This document shows, piece after piece, positions 13,480-26,578 of a stretch of DNA of 64,000 bases. The notes beneath the pieces were generated by a model, which had not been told where the DNA came from, ran no database searches, and saw nothing but the letters and a program-made list of their open reading frames with translations. The translations under genes were made by a program, and so were the position numbers. Source of the DNA: Tubulanus polymorphus (taxonomy: Eukaryota > Animalia > Nemertea); contig NC_134033.1 of NCBI RefSeq assembly GCF_964204645.1, positions 10,300,655-10,364,654 of the forward strand, written 5' to 3'. The number at the start of each line of letters is the position of its first letter. Position 1 is the first letter of the stretch.

Positions 13480-14146
13480 TAATTGCATTTGGTGTCGGGA
13501 GTACTGTACCGTCATCGAGCCAAATTCTGAAAGTACATAGTTGATGTTATCCGCGGCCCAGATGGAAATTACAACTGAGAGAGCCGCCTCCCATAGCTAC
13601 ACCAATAGACACCGCTATTAAAAGCTTAGACCGGCTGATCCCACGGATATCAACTTTGAGATGGGACAACTTCATTCCTGGCATTTTTATTTCATTTTTT
13701 GATCGGTGACATTAAACGCAGAAGAAGACACGTCATGTCAGCTACCAGAAACATATTAGTCGATCAATTGGAGAAGGCAAAGACATGGTACGCAGACAGC
13801 ACATAGAGTAATGAAGGAGCCGTTTTTGCAGTTGTTTAGTTTACCCGCCTCCGTCAGGTGACAACAGCAAAAAGTTCTCCTCCTGTTCTGCTTCATGTCT
13901 GGTCGAAATAAGGGCAACTCCTATGTTGTAATTAAACATATTGTTTTTGATGCTGAAACAAGCATTGAAACAGTGGTCATCGATTTTGAGGCTGCAATTT
14001 GGAAAGCATTTCCTAAAGTCTTCCTCGATGTCGAAGTTGGGGGTTGCTGTTCTCACTGGATACAATGCATTATTGGCGAAAGAACCAAGAACTTGGTTTG
14101 GCTGTTAGCTCATTTCAAGATGTTTTTCAGTGCAATTTCAATTTGA
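13480..14146 (+). pseudogene. Decayed Mutator/MULE transposase fragment
   Basis: WYADST (cf. W-x-x-D-G-T-F) and IDFEAAIWKAFPKVF..GCCSHWIQCI (MULE DFE / CxxH motifs), broken by stops and frameshifts. Confidence 0.75.
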
Positions 14147-14667
14147 TCCCCATGAAGGCGCCGAACGGAGAATGACTGTTGAATTATGTGCATAATGGAA
14201 GCAGAGCGGTTTATATGATAATTCATAGGGTAGTACTCTTTTATGACCTCCGAGGTCTCCACCCGAAACTCCGGTTGGCTCCACACAAAATCCGAATCAC
14301 ACCACCTCGACAGAAAGGAAGTTTTGGACTCTCCAAAAAGTCATGTGACCAATACAGAGTACGATTGGAGGCAAACGGATTCTTCGATCTCAAAGAGTGC
14401 CCCCATGGGCAACGGGGAACTAACCGTCATAAATTAGGTCCGTTAATTTAGATGAGGTGTGCAATGATTACTGTGAATGCGCCAATTCCTATCTTTAGTT
14501 AATATATTTAGCCAGTATTTGAACGTGTTGTTAGTGTTCTAGTACGATAACCACACTCAAACGTGGACAACGGGATGGGATGATACGATAAAAACCCGCC
14601 ACTTTGTACAAATAAAAATAATTTTAAGATCGAGAAATTATTTATTCAAAAAATCTAAATGAAATAC

Positions 14668-14701
14668 ACGACGTTTCGATCTCACCCTAGAGATCATCGT
14701 C
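14668..14701 (-). ncRNA. 5'-truncated minimal hammerhead ribozyme motif (Penelope-like pLTR remnant)
   Basis: Minus strand (..)GACGA-T-GATCTC-tagggt-GAGATC-GAAACGTC, followed by AATAAA; the CU of the core is missing. Confidence 0.5.
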
Positions 14702-14775
14702 TCTATTTGAAATTCGTTTAATTTGTACATAGTGGGTTCTTTTATCTTATTATCCGTTCTCCACGTTTGAGCTTT

Positions 14776-15030
14776 GCCGCGCGAAAACTTGCGGCACCAA
14801 TCGGATTGCTCGTTGTATAATCGCTGAGGTAAATTTCACGGAAGAACTATAAATGGGATAAACCCGGGCTAAAAATAAACGGGATATCTGATTGGCTAAA
14901 TTAGCCGTCATCATTAGTAATGATGACATAATCTAAGCCGCGCGTGTAGCTGCGCACTCGGTCTTGTGTGGCAGGGTTTCGTAGCGTGGCAATCTCGATG
15001 CCATCAGGTTCGAATCCCTGCCGGGGGAGG
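14776..15030. mobile_element. Dispersed repeat; second copy at ~41200-41385
   Basis: Shared GCGCGAAAACTTGC..CCAATC.GATTGCTC..CTGATTGGCTAA..TCGAATCCCTGCCGGGG. Confidence 0.7.
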
Positions 15031-16740
15031 ATGAGTTTGGATACGATTATGGATCAAGAAACGGAAGGTATTATTTTACCCACGGTGCATCTTTAATTCA
15101 ACGTCAAAATCTTAAAACGTCAGTAAGTTCACTGTACCATGACCACTGGATAGAGTTTGTTCTTGGCACAATCGCCAAGCTGAACCCATAACTTAGGCCA
15201 AGTAAATTAATTGACCACACAGATGGGGTATAAGCTTCACATGCGTCAACACAGTTGTTTTGAAACTGTTCGAATTTGTAATTCATTCGGTGAAGAAGGT
15301 TCGGTCAATCCTCCGTAACTATTTTTAAAAATAGTGCTCGTCCAGTCTGGATCCCTGGAATCAATCACTTTTAAACCGGTAAAACAAACATAAGGCAAAA
15401 GTCGTATTAAAATATAAACTTGAATTATATTTTTTCACGTGTGCATTTATTGATTATATGAAACCCGTCCGATTCATACAAATATAAGCTATATTAGATT
15501 TATATTTGATTGTCAGATTCTGAGAGTGATTCCATGACCTGGTTCCATAGTTCCCATAGTAATCGATACTAGGTAGTCATAAGTAACATAACAATTTCAA
15601 AACCAGCTAAAATTCAGGGCCGGCGGAAGCAAGGCGACATTGGCCCGGTTCATACCTGACGGCGCGAGGTGTAACCCGCGCGAAAAATTTGCGTCTGTTT
15701 TTCCAAGAGGTTCGGGGGATTCTGAGAAATTCTGTTCGAATGGTTTCGTTTCGTATGTTCTGCGGCTATAAGAGACGACAGTTATCTGGTAATGTTTTTT
15801 AGACGCAGCTGTTTCATAGTCGATTACAAAATACGTTTTCGGGGGTTAGCGCAGGCAGCTGAGGTTTTTCGAATAACCTAGATGAAAAAATCATCATTTG
15901 GCGAAATTACTGGCCATCTTAAGCCGCCCCAGCTCCGCCTGCCCTGAAATTACTTTAAATTATTGGATCGACAATCATGGAATCATCAACCGAATTCCAG
16001 AGTACAAAAAATAACACATCAAACAATTCCTTGTAAATTTCTAGAAAATGGACGGATTTTACTCAGTAGGTTGGTATGGACGAGTGGTTAAGTACAACAT
16101 TTAACAAACTTTCACCACAAAAAAAAAACTAATAAAAGCAAAAATCGCTCAACAAGAATTGATATCAAGTCATTAACATGTCACAAACAAAGCAAAATAA
16201 AGCAACTCAGTAAAAAAAACATGGCAATTATAAAACATCCCAGTAAGATGGCTTCTAAATAGAGTCGTGATGTTATAGGTGGATCTTATCTAGAACATCT
16301 TATCAAGAACAGATTTATCATGCATACATTTCAATGAAATCTAGGTATGACGGTTACTATTTACAAGTACACCACAAGCACAAGGTGTTCTTAGGGAACC
16401 TGCACCCCTGTAACTTTAGCTGCAGATCTCTTGAGGTCGATCAGAGTTCCCAGGACCCTTCAGCCCCGTAGTTCCCCTGGGATGGGTTTCTGTGTACGTC
16501 TGAGATTCATTTTCCTACTGCCCGCGATAACCTACAATATATTCACAAAATTACCGCTTTCAAAAGTTTCGTAAATAGAGACAAAAATTCCTCATTTAAA
16601 ATAATTACATCACCGCAAAATTCAATCACATCTCATCAGATTGTATCACATATATATTGTTTATCACAGTCTGATATTAGAGATTTTCTCAAGTGCTGAA
16701 ATGGGATGATGCTAGCAGCTCCTGCTCCTGCACACTGATT

Positions 16741-19700
16741 CTAGTCCTCTTGCTCACGCTCACTGATATCGCCCCACGTCACTGACTTTTGTTCTACGCT
16801 CTTTGGTCGTTCGGTAATATCTACAGCGATTACAGGTTGGTGGATCAAATCATCCTCGTTTTCTTCTTCATCGCTAGCTGCAGCTGCAGAATCCTCATTC
16901 TCTTCGTCATTAGCCGCAGCTGCAGCATCATCGTTCTCTTCATCGTTGATAACCTCCTCATTTACCACAGCTGCTGTCTCCAGGCTATCCTGATCCTTAT
17001 CTCCGTGTAAACATTGTCCATGTCCCAGAAAACATCTATTAGTATCAGGTGTATCAAGAGTATCCACAGGTGTATCCACCGTCTTATTCTGCAGTTTATC
17101 AGGTGTATTGTGTAGTGTATCGGCTTGTGGTGTATCAGCGTGTTGTGTATCTGTAGGCTGGTGGTCGGTCAGTAGTGATTCAGTACCATCTCCTGCTCCT
17201 CCCATATCACTGAGTTTCTCATCCTCTGCTGCTACAGTGACAAGAAACTCACCAGCACCGCCGCCCTCTTCAGTCAGAAAGAATCGAACATTATCGTCAT
17301 CATCAGCAGCAGCAGCAGGAGAGGCAGCAGCACCATCTTCATCCTCAATATCATCAATATTCAGATCTTGTTCATCTATAGTTGTAAAGTGTAGAGGGGT
17401 GTGGCATTCTGTGTCAGTAGGCGTGTTTGGGGGCGGAGTTAACAGCTGTCTGTTATTCGCAGTGATTTCGTCTTCTATCTTAATATTTTCGAGTCGAGGA
17501 ATCGAAACTCCGGAGCCAACGAGAATCGAATCCTGAGGAATCACCTGCTCCTCGTCCTCCGATTCCTCAGCGTTCTCACGTGATAGCGACCTCTTGTCCT
17601 CGCGCCGTTGTGACCTCTCTTTCTCAGCTTCCAGTAATTTCTGTTCGTAATTCGCTGCTTCATTTAATCTCTCTTGAGTAGTTCTATGTTCGTCGGTAGG
17701 TGGTGCCAGACAGATCGATGATCCCGTGATACTAGGAAGCCCGCGGGCTGCCACTGGTTCAGTCATCGACGGAGTGACGCCTAAAGCAAATGAATTTTCC
17801 AGTTTTACACACTTCAATAAAAATCTAGTTCTCGATAAATGATCCGGATTTGTTAAACTTACCAGCGAGTTTGTGGGCACTTTTGGGTCTGGAAGGAATG
17901 TTAATAGCGGTGGTTGCTGATCCACAAGTGAGTCCGGTTCCTAGAAATGAATAAATCATGAACAATTTGAATAAGCCTCATATTGATGGGACAAATACAA
18001 GTGAGAAGTGTAAAACTATACATCAGTAGATAAAGTAGATACAGTAGATACAATGGGGAAGTGCATATTTGTGGAGATGATTAAAATGTTTCATGATCTA
18101 CTAAATCGTCATAGTGAAGAGCTGCTGATTGAATTGGAGGTGTCTCCTGTGCTGTGGAGGAACTGCTGATTGAATTGGAGGTGTCTCCTGTGCTGTGGAA
18201 GAGATGCTGATCGAATTGAGGGTGTCTCCTGTGCTGTGGAAGAGATGCTGATTGAATTTGGGGTGTCTCCTGTGCTGTGGAGGAACTGCTGATCGAATTG
18301 GAGGTGTCTCCTGTGCTGTGGAAGAGATGCTGATCGAATTGGGGGTGTCTCCTGTGCTGTGGAGGAACTGCTAATCGAATTGGAGGTGTCTCCTGGGCTG
18401 TGGAAGAGATGCTGATCGAATTGGGGGTGTCTCCTGTGCTGTGGAGGAACTGCTAATCGAATTGGGGGTGTCTCCTGTGCTGTGGAAGAGATGCTGATCG
18501 AATTGGGGGTGTCTCCTGTGCTGTGGAGGAACTGCTAATCGAATTGGAGGTGTCTCCTGTGCTGTGGAAGAGATGCTGATCGAATGGGGGTGTCTCCTGT
18601 GTTGTGGAGGAACTGCTGATCGAATTGGGGGTGTCTCCTGTGCTGTGGAAGAGATGCTGATCGAATTGGGGGTGTCTCCTGTGCTGTGGAGGAACTGCTG
18701 ATCCAGTTGGAGGTGTCTCCTGTGCTGTGGAAGAGATGCTGATCGAATTGGAGGTGGCTCCTGTGCTGTGGAGGAACTGCTGATCGAATTGGAGGTGTCT
18801 CCTGTGCTGTGGAAGAGATGCTGATCGAATTGGGGGTGTCTCCTGTGCTGTGGAGGAACTGCTGATCGAATTGGAGGTGTCTCCTGTGCTGTGGAAGAGA
18901 TGCTGATCGAACTGGGGGCGTCTCCTGTGCTGTGGAGGAACTGCTGATCGAATTGGGGGTGTTTCCTGTGCTGTGGAAGAGATGCTGATCGAATTTGGGG
19001 TGTCTCCTGTGCTGTGGAGGAACTGCTGATCGAATTGGGGGTGTCTCCTGTGCTGTGGAAGAGATGCTGATCGAATTGGGGGTGTCTCCTGTGCTGTGGA
19101 GGAACTGCTGATCGAATTGGAGGTGTCTCCTGTGCTGTGGAAGAGATGCTGATTGAATTGGAGGTGTCTCCTTTGCTGTGGAAGAGATGCTGATTGCACT
19201 GGAGGTGTCTCCTGTGCTGTGTAGGAGCTGCCGATTCAATTGGAGGTGTCCCCTGTGCGGTGGAGGAACTGTTTCTCTCATAAGAGAGGGAATCACTAAC
19301 TCAGTGCAAGGAGGTGCCGCACACAGGAATTTCTACCTTTAAAGAATTAGTAATAACTACATGGAATCTAGAATGTAATTTCTTCTTTTTACCATAAGCT
19401 GTTATCGGGTAGAGTAATGAAAACAAATACACAACAGTAAGAACCGAGTTAAAGGACTAACGAAATTTAGTTAAAAACTAAAATAAAACAGCAAATAAAT
19501 GAAAAGAGGTCGAGAAGAATATAGTACCTTTCACGTTGAGAGTTTCAGGTGAATCTCTGAATTGTTCGTACATGTGATTGATGTTGTAACCGGGTTGAGT
19601 CATTGAGTCATCCTCTGTACCCCACACCTGTCTGACTCCGGCGTGACTCCGAGCTGTAGTCACCAGACGCGCCGATGCGGTACCAGCGCGCTGCTGCATA

Positions 19701-22700
19701 GGTGGCGCTGTTTGAGGCGGGAACTTTCCGGCCTTATCCAGATCACTACAACTCGATGACGGTGAATCTGATAAAGAAATAAAAACGATCATTTTTCTGG
19801 TCTTTCGTATTGATAATAAAATCGTGGCCCAGAAATTGAGTCGGGAATTAATGAAATATTTCTCATCAGTTGTGTTATCTGTAATAGTAACAAAAATACT
19901 CACCGGGTGGAGTTAGTAGATAATCTTCTGTTTGTTGAGATTGCGTAATTTTTGGTTTGAGATTGATAAAACAACCGGCTGGGTTGGATCTCGGTAGAAA
20001 TACTCCATAACGATCTAAACTTCTAGCATCGAAATGATGAGCCCTAAAAACACAACACACAGTTACCTTTTAGCCGCTAAACCCACTCTGAATGAGTAAA
20101 GGTAACCTGTTAGAGGCTTAACTCACTCTGATTTATGAATGAGCAAAGGTAACCCGCTAGAGGCTTAACCCACTCCGAGAGGGATGGTACCAGATCCAAA
20201 CTTTTAAGTGGTACAGGGGTCCCTACAGATCAGTCATTCCTGGATGTAAGGAGTTTTAAAGAGGAAAATTTTAAATTTCGAGTGAGTGTCTGCATCACTT
20301 TAATGCCAATGGGGTACCGGCACCGCTACTGTGGCAATCGAGGATTCCACCTATGGCAGGCGAAGATCCGCCAGGTAACCAGTAAAACTATACCATACAC
20401 TCATTGAGAACGTCGACTTGTTTGACAACATTTCCATTTGGGAACCTGAAAATCCAGTTTGAAGTTCATCGAAAAAGAACTTATTTTTAATGTGTATAAC
20501 TGAGTGTATTCATGCCAACTGGTGTGTGCCGGTACCCCATTACAGTAGATTGATCCTAAATCAGTACAGTTTAATCATGAATTCAGTCTACTGTACAACT
20601 ACAAACTAGACAAAAATGTCTAATTGTCTCTCAAAATTAAAGGAGTTTTGGGCATTTTGCTCAAATCAAAGGAGATTCAAGCACCCTGAAAAGCATTTTG
20701 CGTTTTGTAGGAGTTTTTAAGGAATCAAGGTGTTGACGATGATCTCCAGTGAGAGTACCAAACATTGTTTATTTCAATTCTAATTCTCTAAAAATAAAAT
20801 TTGTTATTATCTTTCAAATATCTGTGTGGGTTTTAAATTGATCTGAAATCCTTGTCAGTGTGTACAGGCTTTTCTACCTAAACGTAACTGATCCACTCTC
20901 ATCAGTGGTACCTGATCCACCCTGGGTGGTACAGTAGCTGATCCACTCGTATATGGTACGGTACCTGTTATATCTTGCACCAGTGAGGAAAGAATGAACA
21001 GATTCTCCATCTACAACATCGGGATTGAAACGACGTCTACAAAAATCGAATAGTTTCATACTGAAAAATGATACAGATAATCTAAAAAATTTAAATATAT
21101 CAACCATGAAAATGATAGCTTCCTACAACTTAAACTACATGAGGAGATCATGTACACACTAGATAAGGGTTGAGGAGAGGAGAGAACACAAGAAACATAA
21201 AATAGCACTAGAACAAACAACATAAAGTAAACATTCATTCAAATCCGCAGAATCCTGATTACCTTTCAGTCTTTGAGGGAGACAGGGAGAGAGGAGAGAC
21301 ACAGGCAGAGAGGAGACAGGCAGAGAGGAGAGACACAGGGCAAGAGGAGAGGCAGGGAGAGGAGAGACACAGAGCAAGAGGAGAGACAGGGAGAGGAGAG
21401 ACACAGGGCAAGAGGAGCATCAGAGAGGAGATAAAGAGGGAGGGAAGAAGGGGAATAAGGAGAGAGGGAGTCAAGATAAGATACTTACTCACGATGCGAC
21501 ACACATGCTGTAGCTGGACGAGTTCTCACATCTAAAAAAAAATTTCACAAAATCAGAAAACCTGCTGTTGGGTGAGGCAGCGGGAATCTGGGAGGATCGA
21601 ATGGTTTTGTTTTTCTTACCTTTCTTTGAAACTTTTCTCGCTTCTAACAGAAACTGATTACTGTTGAGTTGAGCCGAGTTACTTCTCTGTCGATGACGCA
21701 ACAATCTGAAAATTCACACAACAAACAGCACAGATTATCTATTCATTCCTCAGTTTTTACTTGGAGAAATTGTGAAAATCTACATAACATCAGGGAACAT
21801 ACGTCGTCCTGGTGGGTCGTCCTAGTTTGAGGTCGAGATCAGTGATAGGTTGATCTCGTAACTCGGTAGGAGTCAGATAGGAATGAGTTGTATTTGAGCG
21901 GTAAGTAGACGCAGGGATATCATTCAGACTCTGCGACGTTGATAGTTGAGTTCTGTTCGTTTGTAAAAGAGCCTTCGCTAGTTTAATATACTCCTTCTGT
22001 TGTTCAACCTATGATTTTACAGAACAATTGTTTCGTTTATTCTCTCTGTTTGTAACTCCATTAGAGTCATTTTTGCAAAGTCAAGGATTGAATTTAAAAC
22101 CAGTCTAAGCTCATTTCAGTTCTATAACCAACTTTTAAGACCATTCTAAGCTCATTTTGGTTCTACAACCAATCTAACAACTTAGGACCAGTCTAAGCTC
22201 ATTTGGTTCTATAGCCAATCCAACAACTTAAGACCAGTCTACGCTCATTTTGGTTCTACAACCAATCTAACAACTTGAAGACCAGTCTAAGCTCATTTGG
22301 TTCTACAACCAATCTAACAACTTAAGACCAGTCTAAGTTCATTTTGGTTCTACAACCAATCTAACAACTTAGGACCAGTCTAAGCTCATTTGGTTCTATA
22401 GCCAATCCAACAACTTAAGACCAGTCTACGCTCATTTTGGTTCCATATCCAATCTAACAACTTAAGACCAGTCTAAGCTCATTTTAGTTCTAAATCCAAT
22501 TTAACAACTTAAGACCAGTCTAAGTTCATTTTGGTTCCATATCCAATCTAACAACTTAAGACCAGTCTAAGCTCATTTTGGTTCTACAACCAATCTAACA
22601 ACTATTAAGACCAGTCTAAGCTCATTTTGGTTCTATAACCCATCTAACAGTGAATATTGTTTGTTTTAAAATTTGTTGTACCTTTGTTTGAAGATGTTTT

Positions 22701-23663
22701 GAATTAAATCCATTGATGAACACATTATCATTATCGTCCTCTACAGCAGAATCAGCGGCCAGTATTTTATCGATGTCATTGCGTAATTGTCGATGGTAAT
22801 TGTGTAATTTACGATTACCAGTTCTCTGGCGGTTATTACCTGTGAACAAACAACAGAAAATAATAAAAGAAATCGTTTTTGCTTATATTGGTTAACCAGT
22901 GGTTAAAACTGGATCGCGTCGACTTATTCAGTAACCCGTCAGTGGTTTGGTTTCATGATCGGAGATTTCCATCCGATTATAAAAGCTTTAATAGCCTAGC
23001 ACCAACATCCTTGCTTGCGAGGGTTTAATTGTCGCCCGCTTAACTATATATCTAGCCAATCAGATGCGCTTTAACTGGCATGACGTTTGCTCCATAAATA
23101 CCACGCATCTGATTGGCTAGATATAGACCGGTGGGCGCCGAGCGGGAACCTGCCTGCCCAAGAAATCATGGGCAGTGTAATAGACCGACGAAAGGTTTGC
23201 GGCCAGGGTGTGTTGGCGCGAGCTTCAGTGGGCGGCAATCAAAATCTGCCGAGCGAGGATGACCACCAACGATAGGTAACTAACTAACTTAGGCCCTACT
23301 TTTCTTTCAATTAAGTTCCCGTCATACTGAAGATTCTTGGAAGTTAGGATAGAAGAAGGATAGGCGTCACAACCAGTTTACTCTTTTACAAGGTTAAGGG
23401 TCTATAGCTTTTTCAAGCCTACCTTTAACATTGATGTTACCAGTACGAACTGTGCGAGCAGATAGTTGCATCAGTTTCTTGTTTTCATTATTGTTCTGAT
23501 CGTCTTCAGGATGAAACTGAAAACTCAAATCGACCATTCGAATTTTACTCTTTCTATTCGTAGAGTTCATTATCAGTCTCCCTCGACCGCTGCCAACTCG
23601 TCCGGCCCCGGCGGCTCGACCTCCGCTGCTGCTGCTGGTCGGTCGATTGTCATTATTTCCCAT
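16741..23663 (-). CDS. Uncharacterised multi-exon protein: basic/low-complexity N-terminus, acidic C-terminal exon ending in KSVTW. Exons approx. 23663-23423, 22839-22682, ~22008-21803, ~21705-21620, ~21531-21488, ~21037-20878, ~20445-20395, ~20043-19904, ~19768-19528, ~17941-16741
   Basis: Open frames bounded by GT/AG sites; 394-codon open frame at 16741-17925; head-to-head with FIS1. Internal boundaries and the last exon (a possible extra one near 16530) are uncertain. Confidence 0.65.
18118..19270. repeat. Homogeneous 39-bp minisatellite alternating two variants (78-bp dimer), ~29 units
   Basis: GCTGATCGAATTGGRGGTGTCTCCTGTGCTGTGGA followed by GGAACT or AGAGAT. Confidence 0.95.
21278..21430. 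repeat. GA-rich intronic tandem repeat
   Basis: GAGGAGAGACACAGG-type units. Confidence 0.8.
22098..22648. repeat. 43-44 bp intronic minisatellite, ~12 units
   Basis: AAGACCAGTCTAAGCTCATTTTGGTTCTACAACCAATCTAACAACTT. Confidence 0.95.
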
Positions 23664-23699
23664 ATTCTCGCTCTAGGCTAGTCTCAGTTAAGCCCCGCT

Positions 23700-24260
23700 G
23701 CGGCTGCTGCTGTCATGAGAAAACGTATTCATCGTTTTTGCTGAATGTTTTTCGTTACGTTTTTTTTTAAAATTATTTTGACAGCCGGAAGTAAACATGA
23801 TCGGCGGCCATGTTGTTTACACTGGTTGTCAACGAAAGAATATTAACTGTTTTGGGTGGAATTTATCGCAATTTAAACCACTATACCTATAGCGGGTTAA
23901 ATAATCCTTGTTCGGCGGGTATTACAGATATTTGATAATTATTTGATAGTTAAAGGGCGAAACAATGCGGAATCAACGTAGAAATAGACTAAAAATAGCA
24001 GTTCAATTCAGCGGATAAGTAGCGACTCAATCCAGGTCACTACAGTACCCCGGAAGTAAAGCAATTCAATCAGATATATATTGTACGCGTACACGATTAT
24101 TCTAACCCTAGCATTTATAACCAGATATTTCGCGGGGTATCCTTACCCTATCCTCTCTCCCTGGTGCAACCCTAGGTTTCGGCAGATCCGATCCCAACCC
24201 CAACCCTAGTTGCTTCTGAGACCATTCCTCGCTGTGAACTCAACCGCCAGGCGGTGCTCC
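23700..24260. promoter_or_regulatory. Bidirectional promoter between the uncharacterised gene and FIS1
   Basis: Divergent ATGs ~600 bp apart. ETS motifs CCGGAAGT at 23785 and 24050, both followed by AAA (the first forms GGAAGTAAACA). YY1-like GGCGGCCATGTTG at 23803. Confidence 0.65.
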
Positions 24261-24269
24261 GTGCAATTA

Positions 24270-26300
24270 ATGATGGAGGCTGTCGAAGCTGTAATGAGAG
24301 AAACTGTCGAAACTGAAGACTTAAAGGTAACTTCAACGGCTCCGAGATTGAACCAGTTCTCAAAGAGAAGCTGTCCCCGAGGAGAGGAGGTTCTGAGGAT
24401 TTACCCAGTTTACTGGGTCGTGATTTCGAATGTTGATTTTTTTTACAGCATTTTGAACAGATTTTTGAAACTCAATTAAGACGCGGGGGAATACCCAGTG
24501 ACAAAGCGCAATTTGATTATTCATGGTGTCTCATTAGGAGTCGATATTCTAATGATTTACGGCGAGGGATTTCACTATTAGAAGGTAACAGTGACGTGAA
24601 AGCTGAATGAAATTTTCATGAATACCCATCCTCGTTTGCCAGTAGTGTCTGATTGCTGCCCGGTGATGCTTGTGCCAACACAAATTCTACCCGCAAATTG
24701 TAATAGACCAATGTGAAGGGTTTTGTAATAGACCAATGAAGGGTTTGTGTTGGCGTGAGCTCCAGCGGGCGGCAATCAAACACTGGCAAGCGAGGATGAT
24801 GAATGCCATTATAAATGAAAATTATTTAATAAATATAAATTCATATTGGCAACATATTGGTAATTGGCAATTGCTTCCAATGAGCCTGTTTGATCACACC
24901 CCAGCAATGGGTTATCTATTTCATTACCTGGGGACCTGACAAAAAAAATTTTTTACCCCAGTTACTATAGGCCTACATAAAAAGTTTTTTACATATAGTA
25001 CCTAGGATACTGGGGTCAAAAATTGTTTTTGTCAAGTCCCTGTGACCCTTACTTATTGAATTTCTTTATAGAATTATTTCACCGAACTCAAGATGAAACT
25101 GCTAAAAGAGATTACCTTTATTATCTAACGATCGGCAATGCTAAACTGAAGGTATGTTGATCCTTACTGGGCTTCATGTAGCTGCCACAGCTGGTGGTGT
25201 AGTGAGTGTAGTTGGCTCCATTAATGCGAAGAAGACCTTTCTTTAGGAGTTATAGGATTATTAACAATTAGATCACACAAATCCTATTGGATTTTAATAT
25301 CGAGACATTACGAACATGAAATGATGAAATGCTGATCTGAAATTAATAACATATAGAATTTAAACTCTGATCTTAAATAAATTTGAACACTGATCTTAGA
25401 TTAATTTCCTATTTAAATCATTCATTATCAAATTTAATACAAATTAACTGGTTAAACTTACATGTTTTTTGACCAATATATTCTCCTAAATACTCGTTTA
25501 ATTGCATGAAATCTAATCTCTACAAAGAATCGACGTGTCGCTCGTTGTATCTACAAAAGTTCTCATCCTAGATTTCGTTGGTTACACGTGATGAGGCTCT
25601 CGATGAGCTATTCGTACCTCTAACAGTGAGCTTCTTACTCATAACGGGTTTTCTGATGATGATGTGCTCGTTTTGTTGTTTTTTTGAAGGAATATCAGAA
25701 AGCTAAGAAGTACGTAGACGCAATTCTATTGGTGGAACCCAATAATCATCAAGCCTCGTGTCTTAAACGATATATCGAGAAGAAAATGAGAAACGGTAAG
25801 AAAAACTACCGATAACGCGTTACCACCATCTCCCTTCTCCGTCTCCGGGACTGTCAGTTTTCATTACATTCACTCGTTGCTTGTTTATCACTCTGTAGAA
25901 TCCGCTTAATTCGGATTATTTGGGACCGTTAAAAAATCCATCAGGTTTATGCGAAATCCAGATTAAAAGTCATTTTCTTGTACATTATTAATGAACAAAT
26001 GGACCGTAAATATTGTCCGCATAAGACAAAAATCCGGATTAATCCAGTCCGGAATAAGCGGGTTTGGCTACATTTCTTATTTGTTTTACTTATTTAAAAT
26101 TCACAATCCTCTACACCTTAACCAAGAATTGAAATAGTTTCGTCTTTAGTTTCACTGTGTGATCTAATTGTTAGCGTTTAGTTTGAAGTTTGGTTAATTT
26201 TTTTGCAGAAGGTTTGTTGGGTATTGCTCTCGTCGGTGGAGCTGCTGCTGCTGCTATTGGAGGTCTAGTCGGAATCGGGCTGGCTATTTCTAAGAAATAA
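24270..26300 (+). CDS. FIS1: Mitochondrial fission 1 protein, isoform with last exon 5a. Exons 24270-24326, 24449-24584, 25072-25151, 25690-25795, 26209-26300
   Basis: Spliced translation MMEAVEAVMRETVETEDLK/HFEQ..AQFDYSWCLIRSRYSNDLRRGISLLE/ELF..RDYLYYLTIGNAKLK/EYQKAKKYVDAILLVEPNNHQA..KKMRN/EGLLGIALVGGAAAAAIGGLVGIGLAISKK*. Matches the FIS1 TPR plus tail anchor and its exon layout. Not in the ORF track. Confidence 0.95.
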
Positions 26301-26477
26301 ACCATAACCCTTGTCGCTTCATTCAATATCTTCTCTTCTAAAGTGTTTTTGTTAGTTGCACGGATTTGAATATTCTAATCTAGACAAATGTATTTTGTTT
26401 AATGAAAAATGACACCATACTTTACAATGAGTTTTAATCTATACATATAAAATGAGTTTACTGTGACATTATTTCAG

Positions 26478-26578
26478 AGGGATTACTCGGAATGGCTATT
26501 GTAGGGGGAGCCACTGCGTTACTGATAGGTGGTATTATCGGTGTCGGAGCTGTGATAGGAAAGCACAGGAAAACATGA
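26478..26578 (+). CDS. FIS1: FIS1 alternative last exon 5b (second tail anchor)
   Basis: ATTTCAG acceptor in the same phase 1 as exon 5a; EGLLGMAIVGGATALLIGGIIGVGAVIGKHRKT*. Confidence 0.85.

Noticed and set aside
18453-19296. 248-aa and 253-aa ORFs
   Set aside because: Translations of a 39-bp minisatellite; no supported splice context
21260-21280. Possible 8-nt microexon in the uncharacterised gene
   Set aside because: Phase could not be reconciled with the neighbouring exons
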